Position numbers and translations under genes: made by a program. Positions 49,919 to 59,520 of a DNA stretch of 64,000 nt are shown here, in pieces. The stretch's first letter is position 1. Each line of letters opens with the position of its first letter. The notes under the pieces are model-generated. The model searched no databases and was not told the DNA's origin. It was given only the letters and a program-made list of their open reading frames with translations. This DNA comes from an uncultured virus (IMG/VR IMGVR_UViG_3300012012_002042) (lineage: Duplodnaviria > Heunggongvirae > Uroviricota > Caudoviricetes): IMG/VR virus record IMGVR_UViG_3300012012_002042, one strand, 5' to 3'.

Positions 49919-49947
49919 TTGACGGATAATCCGGGATGTCATTTAAT
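49919..49947 (+). promoter_or_regulatory. sigma70-like promoter
   Basis: TTGACG-N17-TTTAAT. Confidence 0.55.
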
Positions 49948-49992
49948 TGCGACGCTCAATCACGAATTACCCATCTTCTTTTTACCACTCAC

Positions 49993-51036
49993 ATGAAAGT
50001 CCAAAACATCTCCGGCCGCACAATCACCGTCACACTCGGCAGGGAATCACGCCTGCTCGATGCCTCCGCAACGGCCACGTTCCCCGATTCCGCCCAGGCT
50101 GAATTGGATTACGCGGCGGCCGCGAAAATGGGCTACATCCGCAAGGTCGGCTCCGGCATCGCTGGCGGCGCAACCACGGATGCCGCGGGTTACGCCATCG
50201 GCGCCACCAGCATCACTCTGGCCTCGGCTGGCACAGGACGCATTGCAGCAGGTCAGACTGCACGCTTCGGTGATGACACGACGGACTACCTGGTCACGAC
50301 TGGCACGAATGATGTCTCCGGTGGTGGCACCATCGTTGTGACGCCGGCGCTCGTCGCAGCCATTCCTGCCGAGGCGACGGCGATTGCGGTCGCGGATCCG
50401 GTGTCGCTCCCCATCGGCGCGCAGGACCAGCAGCTCTGCATTCTCACTTTCGGCACGAGCGTCCCAGGGGACACCGGCACGCTTATCATCAACGGCGTGA
50501 CCTTCGAGTTCGATACCGCGTCCAGCTCCACGATCACGGCGGGGAATGTTCGGATTCCGACGAATGGTCTCACTGCGGCCGAGGATATCGCGGCCATCAC
50601 GAAGACCACGGTCAACGCCAATGCAACCCTGGATGCTCTGGGCATCAAGATCACGGACCTCCTCACGATTTCCACGACCACCTACGCGGCACTGGTTTGC
50701 CCGGTGGAGACCACGCTCGTGGTATCCGAGGCTGCCACGAACCTCACCGTCAGCACCGAGGCCCCCATCTATCGCAGTTCGCGGCGGCTGCAAATGTTCA
50801 CGCACACGTTGACCGGAACCACTGGTCAGATCTACACCGGCTTCTCGAAGATCGAGTCCGTGTTCGTCCAGGTCCGCAGTTCTTCTGGCACTGTGCTGCT
50901 CTACAATGGAGCTGTCACCACGTCGAACGGCTGGATCTCGCTGGCCGCGGCGCCGGCGGGCACCATCACCGGTTATGATCCGGTGCGTGTTCTCGCCAAC
51001 ACGGACGTGGTCACGCTGCTCGTGACGGGCTGGTAA
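49993..51036 (+). CDS. putative virion structural/decoration protein
   Basis: Thr/Ala/Gly-rich beta protein; LIINGVTFEFD motif. Confidence 0.6.
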   Translation: MKVQNISGRTITVTLGRESRLLDASATATFPDSAQAELDYAAAAKMGYIRKVGSGIAGGATTDAAGYAIGATSITLASAGTGRIAAGQTARFGDDTTDYLVTTGTNDVSGGGTIVVTPALVAAIPAEATAIAVADPVSLPIGAQDQQLCILTFGTSVPGDTGTLIINGVTFEFDTASSSTITAGNVRIPTNGLTAAEDIAAITKTTVNANATLDALGIKITDLLTISTTTYAALVCPVETTLVVSEAATNLTVSTEAPIYRSSRRLQMFTHTLTGTTGQIYTGFSKIESVFVQVRSSSGTVLLYNGAVTTSNGWISLAAAPAGTITGYDPVRVLANTDVVTLLVTGW

Positions 51037-51070
51037 TTCACGATTCTCAATTCAACTCCGAATCCAAATC

Positions 51071-51286
51071 ATGAACCCATCCACTCAAATCCCGAAGATG
51101 TCCGAAGTCGCAGCCGCGGTTGCCGCAGGCTACGCCACGCAGCTTTCCCAGCTCGGCTATCACCCGTATTACGTCAAAGCCGCTTCCGCCAAGAAGCTGG
51201 CGATGACACGCGGCAAGCTGCTCATGATGTCGAAGACGGCTCACGCGATTCTGGGCCGTCCGGCTCGGATCTTCGTTGAGGGCTAA
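51071..51286 (+). CDS. small basic putative virion protein
   Basis: 71 aa with KAAS, KLA and KTA motifs. Confidence 0.55.
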   Translation: MNPSTQIPKMSEVAAAVAAGYATQLSQLGYHPYYVKAASAKKLAMTRGKLLMMSKTAHAILGRPARIFVEG

Positions 51287-51343
51287 TCCCTTGCGTCACA
51301 GTTTTGCGACGCGGGCGGTGTTGAAAATCACCGTCGCGCGCAG

Positions 51344-52024
51344 ATGATGGCAACCTTCTCAGACGATCGCCGACAATTCGTCAGCGACCTTCGTAGGCTC
51401 CTCAAAGAGGGGCATCACACGAGCGCCACCATTGCGGCTGTCTGCGGCGTGGTTCCTCGGACGGTGCAATATTGGCTGCGGCAGGGAACCTGCAACGCAC
51501 CGGCAGGCAGGCTACGGGAGTTTCGGGTAAGCTTGCAGATGACGTCCGAAAGGCATTCGAAGGTGCCGGTTCGGATGGGCTCGTTGTTGTCCAGGGCCAT
51601 GGCAGATGTGGAGCGGGCCAGGGTGTCGAAGGTGGATGTGAGCGGGAGGGGTGTGGAGTTCGCTTCAGTGGGAAAAATTGCGTCCGACATATTACGACGA
51701 CAGAGGATACCGCATCGCCTTGTCGTGGACTGCAACAATTACCCCGTGACCACGGTAGAGATCTGGTTCGACCAGCCTAATTTCCTGCCCACTGCGTGGA
51801 GGCTGGTTTTGATCGACGGCCCTCACAATATCATCTACGAACTGTCGGAGCCTGATGAGGACAGACAGCCCCGACTGCAGTATGGAGACTTCCATCCCGC
51901 GATTCTTGAGCAGATCGTCAAAAAGGTTTTGCAATTGGCGAAATCTCATCAATTATCCCAACGTCAGCGATGCGCGCAAGAATTGAAGGATCGCATGCTT
52001 CAAACTATCATCCAACGCCAATAA
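51344..52024 (+). CDS. HTH DNA-binding protein
   Basis: TSATIAAVCGVVPRTVQYWLRQG helix-turn-helix. Confidence 0.65.
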   Translation: MMATFSDDRRQFVSDLRRLLKEGHHTSATIAAVCGVVPRTVQYWLRQGTCNAPAGRLREFRVSLQMTSERHSKVPVRMGSLLSRAMADVERARVSKVDVSGRGVEFASVGKIASDILRRQRIPHRLVVDCNNYPVTTVEIWFDQPNFLPTAWRLVLIDGPHNIIYELSEPDEDRQPRLQYGDFHPAILEQIVKKVLQLAKSHQLSQRQRCAQELKDRMLQTIIQRQ

Positions 52025-52470
52025 TGTCCCATCACGCATTCCAGTCCGAAGTGGACGCGACCGACGCGTTTCAGAAAAGGCTGCTCGCCGGCGACATCCC
52101 ACAGCAAGCGGCTATCCCGGCGAGGAACGAAGATCGGAGTGATGAGCCGAACAGTGAGTTGATCCGCATGCAATTCTCTCCAGATGTGGAATTGCCGGAT
52201 TCAGGCAGAACGGTGACCTTGCATTTACGAGACATTGCTTTCGAACTGCACGTGCTGGATGTGGCAATTGGAGATGACCAGATTGGATTGCTTCTGCCGA
52301 TGAACGTGAAGATTCAGTCGATGAAGATTCGAACCAAACTGATTCTGGAGGTCGGCGAAACGGGCGAAGAAAAACAAAAGCACTCGGTGATGTATCTCGG
52401 CGGGAATCTGGTTTTCCAACTTCGACGCTGCGAGCTTCGCGTCTTGTCTTTCTGTCGGCTGACCGACTAG
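52024..52470 (+). CDS. hypothetical protein
   Basis: TAATG overlap start. Confidence 0.55.
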   Translation: MSHHAFQSEVDATDAFQKRLLAGDIPQQAAIPARNEDRSDEPNSELIRMQFSPDVELPDSGRTVTLHLRDIAFELHVLDVAIGDDQIGLLLPMNVKIQSMKIRTKLILEVGETGEEKQKHSVMYLGGNLVFQLRRCELRVLSFCRLTD

Positions 52471-52481
52471 AATATAGCATC

Positions 52482-52664
52482 ATGATCAAAAAAGGCGCCG
52501 TCACTCCAGAAACCCCGTCGTTCTTTTCCGGACACCGCGGAAAGACGCACATGGTCAAGCTGGGCTCGGTTGGGGCGGAGCCGGCTGATGAGGATGATGC
52601 AGAGGATGTGGACGACATCCGGAAAATGTCTGATGAGAAAAAGGAGAATCTGAAAGATGGCTAA
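52482..52664 (+). CDS. small hypothetical protein preceding the portal
   Basis: 60 aa; overlaps the portal start. Confidence 0.55.
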   Translation: MIKKGAVTPETPSFFSGHRGKTHMVKLGSVGAEPADEDDAEDVDDIRKMSDEKKENLKDG

Positions 52665-54468
52665 TTCATTCGGCAACGGTCCCGTTGATCGGGAACTTTC
52701 CAAGCAATTCGGACTCCCGACCGTAGGCGGCGATCCCGACTTCTACGATCCATTCATGATGGACTCGGCCATGTTCATGCCGAGGTCGCTGGACACGTTC
52801 TGGGATTATGCTTTCCACCTCTTCTACCTGAACCAGCAGTATCGTCATGCCTGGCATCGGCTGGCTGCGTATTTTGCCACAGGAATCGAATTCAAGGGAA
52901 AGAAGCATGGTGACGATGACGAGCAAATAGAGCTGAAGAATCATCTCATCAACGACGTGAATATCATGGGGCAGATCACCCTCGGGGGCATGGAAGTGGG
53001 CGCCTACGGAAACACGATTTTCACGTGGGCCTTCCCTTTTGACCGAGTGCTCATCGACACTCGGAGAGACTTGCGCGAATATCCTCTGGGCGCCATGAAG
53101 GATTACGGCGAGGTCCGTTATCATTACAAGACGATGGAATATGAAATCGATGATCCGAAGGATGCCGGGCTTTCCGCCGGCAAGCGTCGGCGCATCAGGT
53201 TGCCTTTCATGGACCGTCCCAGCAGAGATTCCAGCAGGCTGAAAATTCAGCGGTTGGATTTGCGGGAGATGCATTTGCTCACCTCGGCCTCCGAGCATTC
53301 GTTCGAATATATTCGACGGTTCTCTCCAGACTTCCTGCGGAAGGTGCGTGACGGCGATCCGTTTTATGTGAGCGATGTTCCGATGGAGCAATTGGTGGCG
53401 GTCGCCAAGGAAGAGGATTTCCTCTACAATGAGGATTCGGTGATCCACATCAAGATGCCGACGATCCGTGGCCTTCGGAATTTTGGATGGGGTATCCCAG
53501 AGACGTTCGCCAATTACAGATCGCTGCATCATATTCAGGTGCTCCGACGCATCGATGAAGCCGTCGGCAAAGATTATCTACTGCCGCTGCGGATGTGGGT
53601 ACCACAACCGCAGCAGCAATACGACGACATGTCGCGCATGGAGATCGCCAGCAATATGCGGCAGATCATCAGCGAGCATCGACGCGACCCGTATGCCGTG
53701 CACTCAGTGCCGTTCCCAATGACTTTGATCGAGCCGGGCACGAACGGCAAGGCCTTGGTGCAATCCGATCAGATCGAATATCACATGAACGCAATGTTGG
53801 GAGCCTCCGGACTCCCGATCGAGCTCTACAACGGCTCAATGCAAATCCAGAATATTCCATCCGCCTTGCGGCTGTTTGAAGGGACGTGGCAGTTTCTGTA
53901 TTACGGGTTCGACAAACTCATTCGCAAAACGGCGGGACACATTCAGGACGTCAAAAATGCCGCACGCATCGACTGTCTGCTCAAGAAGTCTGACATGGCA
54001 GACGACATCGAAGAGCGTGGAATTTATCTGTCACTCGTGGCCAGCGGAGAAATCAGCCGCGCGCGAGGCTACGGTTCCATCAACATCGAAGACCCGATCG
54101 AGGAGCGAAAGAAGCGTATGCGCGAGGATGCCGAACTCGCCCGAGAAGACAACGACATGCAGAAACAGATGCAGATGGAACTTCAGGCAGGCTCCATCGG
54201 TGTCGGTCAGCCTGGTGCTGGCGGGCAGGCGGGTTACGGCAATCAGCCTGGCGGTGGCGTGGTGACTCCGCAGGATGCCGCAGCCTCGGCCACTCAGCAG
54301 GCGCAGACGCTGCTGCAGATGGATACCGGGTCGCGCATGAAAGAATTGGCGAAACTGCGAGCGACTGATCCAAATGGCTCATACCCGCTCGTGAAACAGA
54401 AAATGGAAGAGCTCAGACGCCAAGGAGAATCCCAAGGTCGCGCGGCGGTGGGACAGCAACAACAGTAA
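52657..54468 (+). CDS. putative portal protein
   Basis: 603 aa; GAYGNT, VIHIK and GWGIP motifs; helical C-terminus with Gln/Gly tail; head gene context. Confidence 0.65.
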   Translation: MANSFGNGPVDRELSKQFGLPTVGGDPDFYDPFMMDSAMFMPRSLDTFWDYAFHLFYLNQQYRHAWHRLAAYFATGIEFKGKKHGDDDEQIELKNHLINDVNIMGQITLGGMEVGAYGNTIFTWAFPFDRVLIDTRRDLREYPLGAMKDYGEVRYHYKTMEYEIDDPKDAGLSAGKRRRIRLPFMDRPSRDSSRLKIQRLDLREMHLLTSASEHSFEYIRRFSPDFLRKVRDGDPFYVSDVPMEQLVAVAKEEDFLYNEDSVIHIKMPTIRGLRNFGWGIPETFANYRSLHHIQVLRRIDEAVGKDYLLPLRMWVPQPQQQYDDMSRMEIASNMRQIISEHRRDPYAVHSVPFPMTLIEPGTNGKALVQSDQIEYHMNAMLGASGLPIELYNGSMQIQNIPSALRLFEGTWQFLYYGFDKLIRKTAGHIQDVKNAARIDCLLKKSDMADDIEERGIYLSLVASGEISRARGYGSINIEDPIEERKKRMREDAELAREDNDMQKQMQMELQAGSIGVGQPGAGGQAGYGNQPGGGVVTPQDAAASATQQAQTLLQMDTGSRMKELAKLRATDPNGSYPLVKQKMEELRRQGESQGRAAVGQQQQ

Positions 54469-54469
54469 C

Positions 54470-54628
54470 ATGAATGAGACAACGCGAATTCTGCTAAGCA
54501 TGCCGCGCGAGGCCCGCACTGCATATTTACGCACGCTTCAGAAGCGCGTGATGGCGCGCGTGATGCCTGAGCTGAAACAGGGATTGGCTGACGCAAAAAG
54601 TGTGGTAAGATCCTCGCGACCAAAATGA
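54470..54628 (+). CDS. small hypothetical protein (52 aa, not in ORF track)
   Basis: MNETTRILLSMPREARTAYL... fills the gap; its stop overlaps the next ATG. Confidence 0.45.
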   Translation: MNETTRILLSMPREARTAYLRTLQKRVMARVMPELKQGLADAKSVVRSSRPK

Positions 54629-54870
54629 ACGTCCCTGGAACAAATCCGCGCAGCATTGAGCAAATGTGCAAGAGCGTACGTGAGTTGCTGGCCAAGGATA
54701 TCCCGTCCGCAATTCCGGGAGAAAAAATGAAGCACTACGCAGGCGACCCGGAGCCAGTGAACACCAACCGCAGCGCAGGTGAATTGCCGGCGGATATCAG
54801 TCCGCGTCCGGCAGCCCTGGGAGTGAACAGTCTGCGCTCCCGATTCGAGAACGCGTATCGCGACAGCTAA
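54625..54870 (+). CDS. small hypothetical protein
   Basis: 81 aa. Confidence 0.5.
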   Translation: MNVPGTNPRSIEQMCKSVRELLAKDIPSAIPGEKMKHYAGDPEPVNTNRSAGELPADISPRPAALGVNSLRSRFENAYRDS

Positions 54871-54875
54871 TTTCC

Positions 54876-55925
54876 ATGAGCGCACCAACTCCAAAAATTC
54901 CAGAGCGGCCGGACCCACTGGCTCCGTCGGTTGAGTTTGAGCCTACGTCGATGCAGGTAGCGGCACATGATCCTGCTTTCCGCCGCAGACACCCCGGTGT
55001 GGCCGCGGTGAACGCCTACAAATACAACTCGAATGACAGTACGCTTGGCGGTTGGGCCGGGAACATGCTTCGAGGAATTACCAGCAATCCAATGGTTCGC
55101 GGGGCAGGCAATTTTATCAGCAAAGGTTTTAACCACGGCCCCCTCATGGGAGCAGGCGCGGGAGCTGGACTCGGTTACGCCGGAGGAGCACTCATCACGA
55201 AAATTATGCAACTACTCGGAAACACAAATGCGCCGGATCTTGCACTGCCAATGGCGGCCCTCGGGACTGCTGCGGGTGGGTATGCCGGACACACTCGACA
55301 AGAAGCCGTCAAATTGGGCGCGGCCATCGCCACGTTGCATTTCGGCTACAGTCCCGGCGAATTCGAACGGCTGAGCCATATCGAGAGTGAAATCGACAAC
55401 GCAAGTTCGCCCGCCGGAAACGGAGAAACCGCCCGTGGTGAAATGTCGAAAATGGCCTGCCGTATTGCCGCTCATGCCTTTGCGGAATTGGGAGAGAAGC
55501 ACGAACTGACGTTTCACTACTTCAACGAGATGTCGAAGAGCGCCCGCTGGAACACGGAGTTTCAACCCTACGCAGATGCGGTCGTAGTAGCATTGGCCAG
55601 GATGAATGCGTCTGCGACGGACAGACATTACGCCGAGCAGGAAGAAAACATCAAACACGGCGCTGCGATCGGGTCCACGGCTGCAAGGATTCTCGGCACC
55701 ACTGCGTCGAACACGCCGCAGATTGCCACGGCTTTGTTGGGACTGGCAGCGGCTGGTGGCGCGGGAGCCGGAGCCCTGACATGGCTGGCCGGCAAGCATG
55801 CTCGCGAGGACAGCAATGATGTCGAAGAGATCAAGCAGAAGCTCAATTACTACAGGTCGCTGACGCGCGAGATCAAAGAAGAGCTACGTGCGAAAAAGAT
55901 CTCACCTCCGGAGTTGGTATCATGA
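54876..55925 (+). CDS. glycine-zipper putative internal virion/ejection protein
   Basis: GAGAGAGLGYAGG and GLAAAGGAGAG segments; KLGA, KMA, KSA and KHGA motifs. Confidence 0.55.
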   Translation: MSAPTPKIPERPDPLAPSVEFEPTSMQVAAHDPAFRRRHPGVAAVNAYKYNSNDSTLGGWAGNMLRGITSNPMVRGAGNFISKGFNHGPLMGAGAGAGLGYAGGALITKIMQLLGNTNAPDLALPMAALGTAAGGYAGHTRQEAVKLGAAIATLHFGYSPGEFERLSHIESEIDNASSPAGNGETARGEMSKMACRIAAHAFAELGEKHELTFHYFNEMSKSARWNTEFQPYADAVVVALARMNASATDRHYAEQEENIKHGAAIGSTAARILGTTASNTPQIATALLGLAAAGGAGAGALTWLAGKHAREDSNDVEEIKQKLNYYRSLTREIKEELRAKKISPPELVS

Positions 55926-56314
55926 AATCGCGAGGGCAGGGGAAGGGCATCAAGCTCGCCAAAATAATTGAGGCGCAGCCCAGGCCTCCAGAGATGGAGC
56001 CGCCTGAGGAGGCCGAGCCGCCGCGCGTGGGTGAGTTCGTGGCTGAGCCATCGTTTTCCAATCAGTGGGCCACGCTCAAGGAGCATTGCAGAGTGCAGCT
56101 GGTTGAGTTCAGCATTTTCAAGGTCAGCACTACTGAGGGGAAGGAAGCCTACGACGTTTTCAATCGTCGAAGAGGTCCGGAAGGAGCTCCGGAATTGATC
56201 GTGCTGAAGGAGCAGGAATATTTCAGCCCGAACAACAGTGACATCATCGTGACTGTCCGGTATCGCAGAATTCTCTACCGGAAGCTGAATGAGAGACCTC
56301 GCTCGAGAAAGTGA
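55922..56314 (+). CDS. hypothetical protein
   Basis: ATGA overlap; 130 aa. Confidence 0.6.
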   Translation: MKSRGQGKGIKLAKIIEAQPRPPEMEPPEEAEPPRVGEFVAEPSFSNQWATLKEHCRVQLVEFSIFKVSTTEGKEAYDVFNRRRGPEGAPELIVLKEQEYFSPNNSDIIVTVRYRRILYRKLNERPRSRK

Positions 56315-56349
56315 TTCCTTTCAACAGACATCCCGTGATAACATTTCCA

Positions 56350-57486
56350 ATGATCAAAATCGCTCTAGCTCCCGCTGACAAGGATCTCATCTGGCATTGG
56401 GTCAGGGGCGGCGCAGCCATCGGCGCAGGCCTCGGTGCTGCGACCGCGCTCATAAATCAACTCGGAGAGAAAACCCAGGAGATCTCCGGTGACGATGACC
56501 CGCTGAAAAAAGACACACTGCGACTGCACCTTGGCCCAAAACCCAAAATCGCATCGACGGAAGGCCCGTCGCTGTTGCGCTCACCACTGGCTGTCCTCGG
56601 AGGCGCCGGAGCAGCAATCGGCACTGCAGGCCTGGTCACAGGCCTCTACCAATGGTACAAGAAAAAGGTGGCCGAGAAAGAATTGGAGGACGAGCAGAAC
56701 GCTTACCTGAATGTGGTTCAGCAAGAGCCTAAATCAGCCTCGGCAGCAGATCCCAGGAAGTCCATGTCCATCGGGGAAATCATTTCCTCAGCCCCCGGGG
56801 CGCTGGCCGCGTTGACGGCATTGGCCGCCGGTGTGATCACGAACCGGAGTCTGCAAAAGAATTTCCCGGATCGCAAATCCGCTATCCGAATGCAACCGCG
56901 ACGTGTCGTGGTGCAAAGGGATGACGATCCGAATGTGCCCGGCGATCAGTCCGAGGAGGACATCATCAATCTGCCCGAGAAGAGCGCAGCAGCCATGCTC
57001 TTTGAGCTGACCTCTCTCCTGCAACCGTCCGGACAGGAAACGGACTTCGACAATCTGATCAAGGCCGCGGCCACAGGTCAATACGACGCCATTCACCGGA
57101 CCGATTGGGATCTGGGCATTCTGACGGCGCTGGCGACTGTGGGAGGACATTCCTTGCGTGAAGTGGATCCGGTCAACGTCAAGATGGCATCGAGGGCGCT
57201 CGCCGAGGACGACAGTCTCCGGGAGTCGGTCAGCTTGCTGGCGGCTCTGGAGTATCGTGAACGCGCGCCGTGGAGCTGTTTGATGGCGGAATCGCTGACA
57301 CCATCCGAGGGAGCCAATTTGGTAAAATGGGCGACGGCCGAATTCGATCGGGAGTTCTTGAACGAACTCCCCGACATGGTGGAGTTCAGTAATGACGCTG
57401 CGAGCATTTCGAGTCACAGGACAGTGCCGGCCGGTTTGCTCGACAACTTGATTCGTTCCCAGAATGGCATTTCGAAAGTCGGGTAA
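56350..57486 (+). CDS. glycine-zipper putative internal virion/ejection protein
   Basis: GGAAIGAGLGAA and GGAGAAIGTAG segments; KIAS, KSAS, KSAA, KAAA and KMAS motifs; alternative start at 56311. Confidence 0.55.
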   Translation: MIKIALAPADKDLIWHWVRGGAAIGAGLGAATALINQLGEKTQEISGDDDPLKKDTLRLHLGPKPKIASTEGPSLLRSPLAVLGGAGAAIGTAGLVTGLYQWYKKKVAEKELEDEQNAYLNVVQQEPKSASAADPRKSMSIGEIISSAPGALAALTALAAGVITNRSLQKNFPDRKSAIRMQPRRVVVQRDDDPNVPGDQSEEDIINLPEKSAAAMLFELTSLLQPSGQETDFDNLIKAAATGQYDAIHRTDWDLGILTALATVGGHSLREVDPVNVKMASRALAEDDSLRESVSLLAALEYRERAPWSCLMAESLTPSEGANLVKWATAEFDREFLNELPDMVEFSNDAASISSHRTVPAGLLDNLIRSQNGISKVG

Positions 57487-57979
57487 AGGCATTCGACTGG
57501 CGGATCTTGCCCCTAAGCTTCGCGCTGAGGTGGAGCATCAGCTGAAGTCGCAGAGAAAGAGTTTACCGAAAGCCCTGCGGAAAAAGAAATCGGAACTGCC
57601 GCCAGTGCTTGGGCCGGCGGACTGGAGTTTCAAGATTTCTGGGCAGATTCTCGGCGGGAAGAACAACATTATCATCACGCGATCGGGAAAGCGGATTCCC
57701 TCAGCCACGTGGGCAGCTTGGCGTGATAAAGCTGTGGCGGAAGTGCGCGCACAATTACCGAAGGACTGGGAGGCCATTACCGTGCCTGTGAATGTGCAGT
57801 TCGACTATGTGGCTGGTGATCGGCTACGTCGCGACATGCCGGCAACGATTGATTCTGTGTGGCACGTCTTGGAGAAAGCAGGAGTCGTCGCGGATGATAC
57901 ACTGCTATGGGTGGCGCGTTCGTCGCGCCGATATTGTGTAGAGGAAGCAGGAGTGGTGATCAAAAAATTAAACGAATAA
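57464..57979 (+). CDS. RusA-family Holliday junction resolvase-like protein
   Basis: GKNN, PVNVQFDY, DRLRRD...LEKAGVVADD motifs. Confidence 0.75.
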   Translation: MAFRKSGKGIRLADLAPKLRAEVEHQLKSQRKSLPKALRKKKSELPPVLGPADWSFKISGQILGGKNNIIITRSGKRIPSATWAAWRDKAVAEVRAQLPKDWEAITVPVNVQFDYVAGDRLRRDMPATIDSVWHVLEKAGVVADDTLLWVARSSRRYCVEEAGVVIKKLNE

Positions 57980-57984
57980 TTTCA

Positions 57985-58641
57985 ATGCAAAAAGAGCCAA
58001 TTACGATGGAAGGGATTCTGTGTCTCACGCGAGCTTCTCGTTCGGGGACCAAGCCAACGGTGCTGGACCTGCGGGGATATCAGAACAGTGATGGAGGTGT
58101 TACGGAGCGCATGGCCATTGTCCCGTGGCAAGGAGAGAATGCTCTGTATCAGGGACTCCTGGAGCAGAGCATTGAGTGGATGGAGCGCGCGGTGAAGCCT
58201 GTGGATTTTCTCGAGAAAGACTGGAACGCAGCGATGGATCAGTCCATCGCGAGCTGGGAGAAGTCGCTGGATAAAATCAAGTGCGAGGTGTCCGGCGAAA
58301 ACAAAGCACTTTCAAAGAAGCCCACCTTCCTGGTTGAGGATGAGTATCCAGGCATTCTCATTGAGCGCGATGAGGAGAAAAATATCATCGGCGTCGCCAT
58401 CGATCGCTCGCTCCGTACTTTCACGTCGGAGCCGGATGGTGCGTCACAGAAGTCCACGGCTCACCGCGACGCCATCACGGCAGCCAAAGCCTATATCCGC
58501 GCAAGCAGTCCGATGAAATACTTCGTCGGGCGCGTGATCTTTCGAGCTGGTAAAGTGCAGGATATTGTCGCAACCGTAGTGACTGATGATTATGCACAAA
58601 TCTTTGACCAGGTGGTGTCGGGAGTTTCTACAGGAAGTTGA
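57985..58641 (+). CDS. hypothetical protein
   Basis: 218-aa ORF from ATG 57985. Confidence 0.6.
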   Translation: MQKEPITMEGILCLTRASRSGTKPTVLDLRGYQNSDGGVTERMAIVPWQGENALYQGLLEQSIEWMERAVKPVDFLEKDWNAAMDQSIASWEKSLDKIKCEVSGENKALSKKPTFLVEDEYPGILIERDEEKNIIGVAIDRSLRTFTSEPDGASQKSTAHRDAITAAKAYIRASSPMKYFVGRVIFRAGKVQDIVATVVTDDYAQIFDQVVSGVSTGS

Positions 58642-59170
58642 GCCTGTCGGTGAGGAGGTCATCGAGTTCCTGCCATACCGGACTGGGCGGAAGATTTATG
58701 ATCTGACTCTGTGGATGGAATTCGTCGGCGACGCTGCGTTCACTCGCAGCATGTTCGAGCGCGCTCCCAAACTGCCCATCTCCTTCATCTGGCGGCCCGC
58801 AATCAGGAATTATTTCTGGAACATGGTTCATCGCAATCATCTGTCGAAACTATCGCCGGAGAGCGCTCCGGCCGCCGCCGGGCTCCTAGTGCGACTTGGC
58901 ACATGCATGACCCCAGAGCGGATCATCTATGACTTCCAAGCGATCACAGAAGTTTGCCAGATGGGATACTGGGATTCGCGCGAGGAGTTTCTGAAGTTCG
59001 GTTTGGCGGATTTGAAGCCGAGCAAGGCCTGGCGGACGAAGACGATTGAGGAGCGCCGCGCGCGTGAGCGGTTCGCGGTGGAGATGCGGCAGAAGTTCTG
59101 GAGCCGTCTTGGGACCGAGGCTGCCTCGCCAATCATTGCTAATTTCCACAGAAAGACAGAGGAGTCATAG
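58586..59170 (+). CDS. hypothetical protein
   Basis: True start probably near 58638; Trp-rich ORF. Confidence 0.55.
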   Translation: MIMHKSLTRWCREFLQEVEPVGEEVIEFLPYRTGRKIYDLTLWMEFVGDAAFTRSMFERAPKLPISFIWRPAIRNYFWNMVHRNHLSKLSPESAPAAAGLLVRLGTCMTPERIIYDFQAITEVCQMGYWDSREEFLKFGLADLKPSKAWRTKTIEERRARERFAVEMRQKFWSRLGTEAASPIIANFHRKTEES

Positions 59171-59480
59171 GACGCGGTTTCGGAAAGTCTGAATTTCCAG
59201 CAGGAAACTGTATTTTCCATAGGGTGGCGAAATGGGTGGTGAAATGTAATGCTAAAACGAAATGGAATCGACGAATCGAGCGGATTAGGAATTTCCCGGT
59301 TCTCTCTGTAAAATGGCTGATAATTCGTTTATCCATTTCGCCGACAGCTAAATCATACCCACCTGCATTTACCATATTTTCTGGACGGTTCTACAGAGAA
59401 GAGGGGTGTGGAAAATTGGGGGTTTCTGAACGGGTTTCATGTTTTCAAATTCTCGCGCATGTGATTTCGGAAATCCGTCC
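59170..59480. other. AT-richer non-coding island with multiple inverted repeats (ncRNA or origin candidate)
   Basis: Imperfect terminal inverted repeats plus internal complementary segments. Confidence 0.4.
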
Positions 59481-59520
59481 GTGAGTAAACGCTTGCAAGA
59501 ATCCTGCGGTGTGCGAGAAC

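Noticed and set aside
59224..59484. 86-aa ORF within the non-coding island
   Set aside because: Atypical codon usage and no motif; the region is better explained as non-coding, though translation is not excluded
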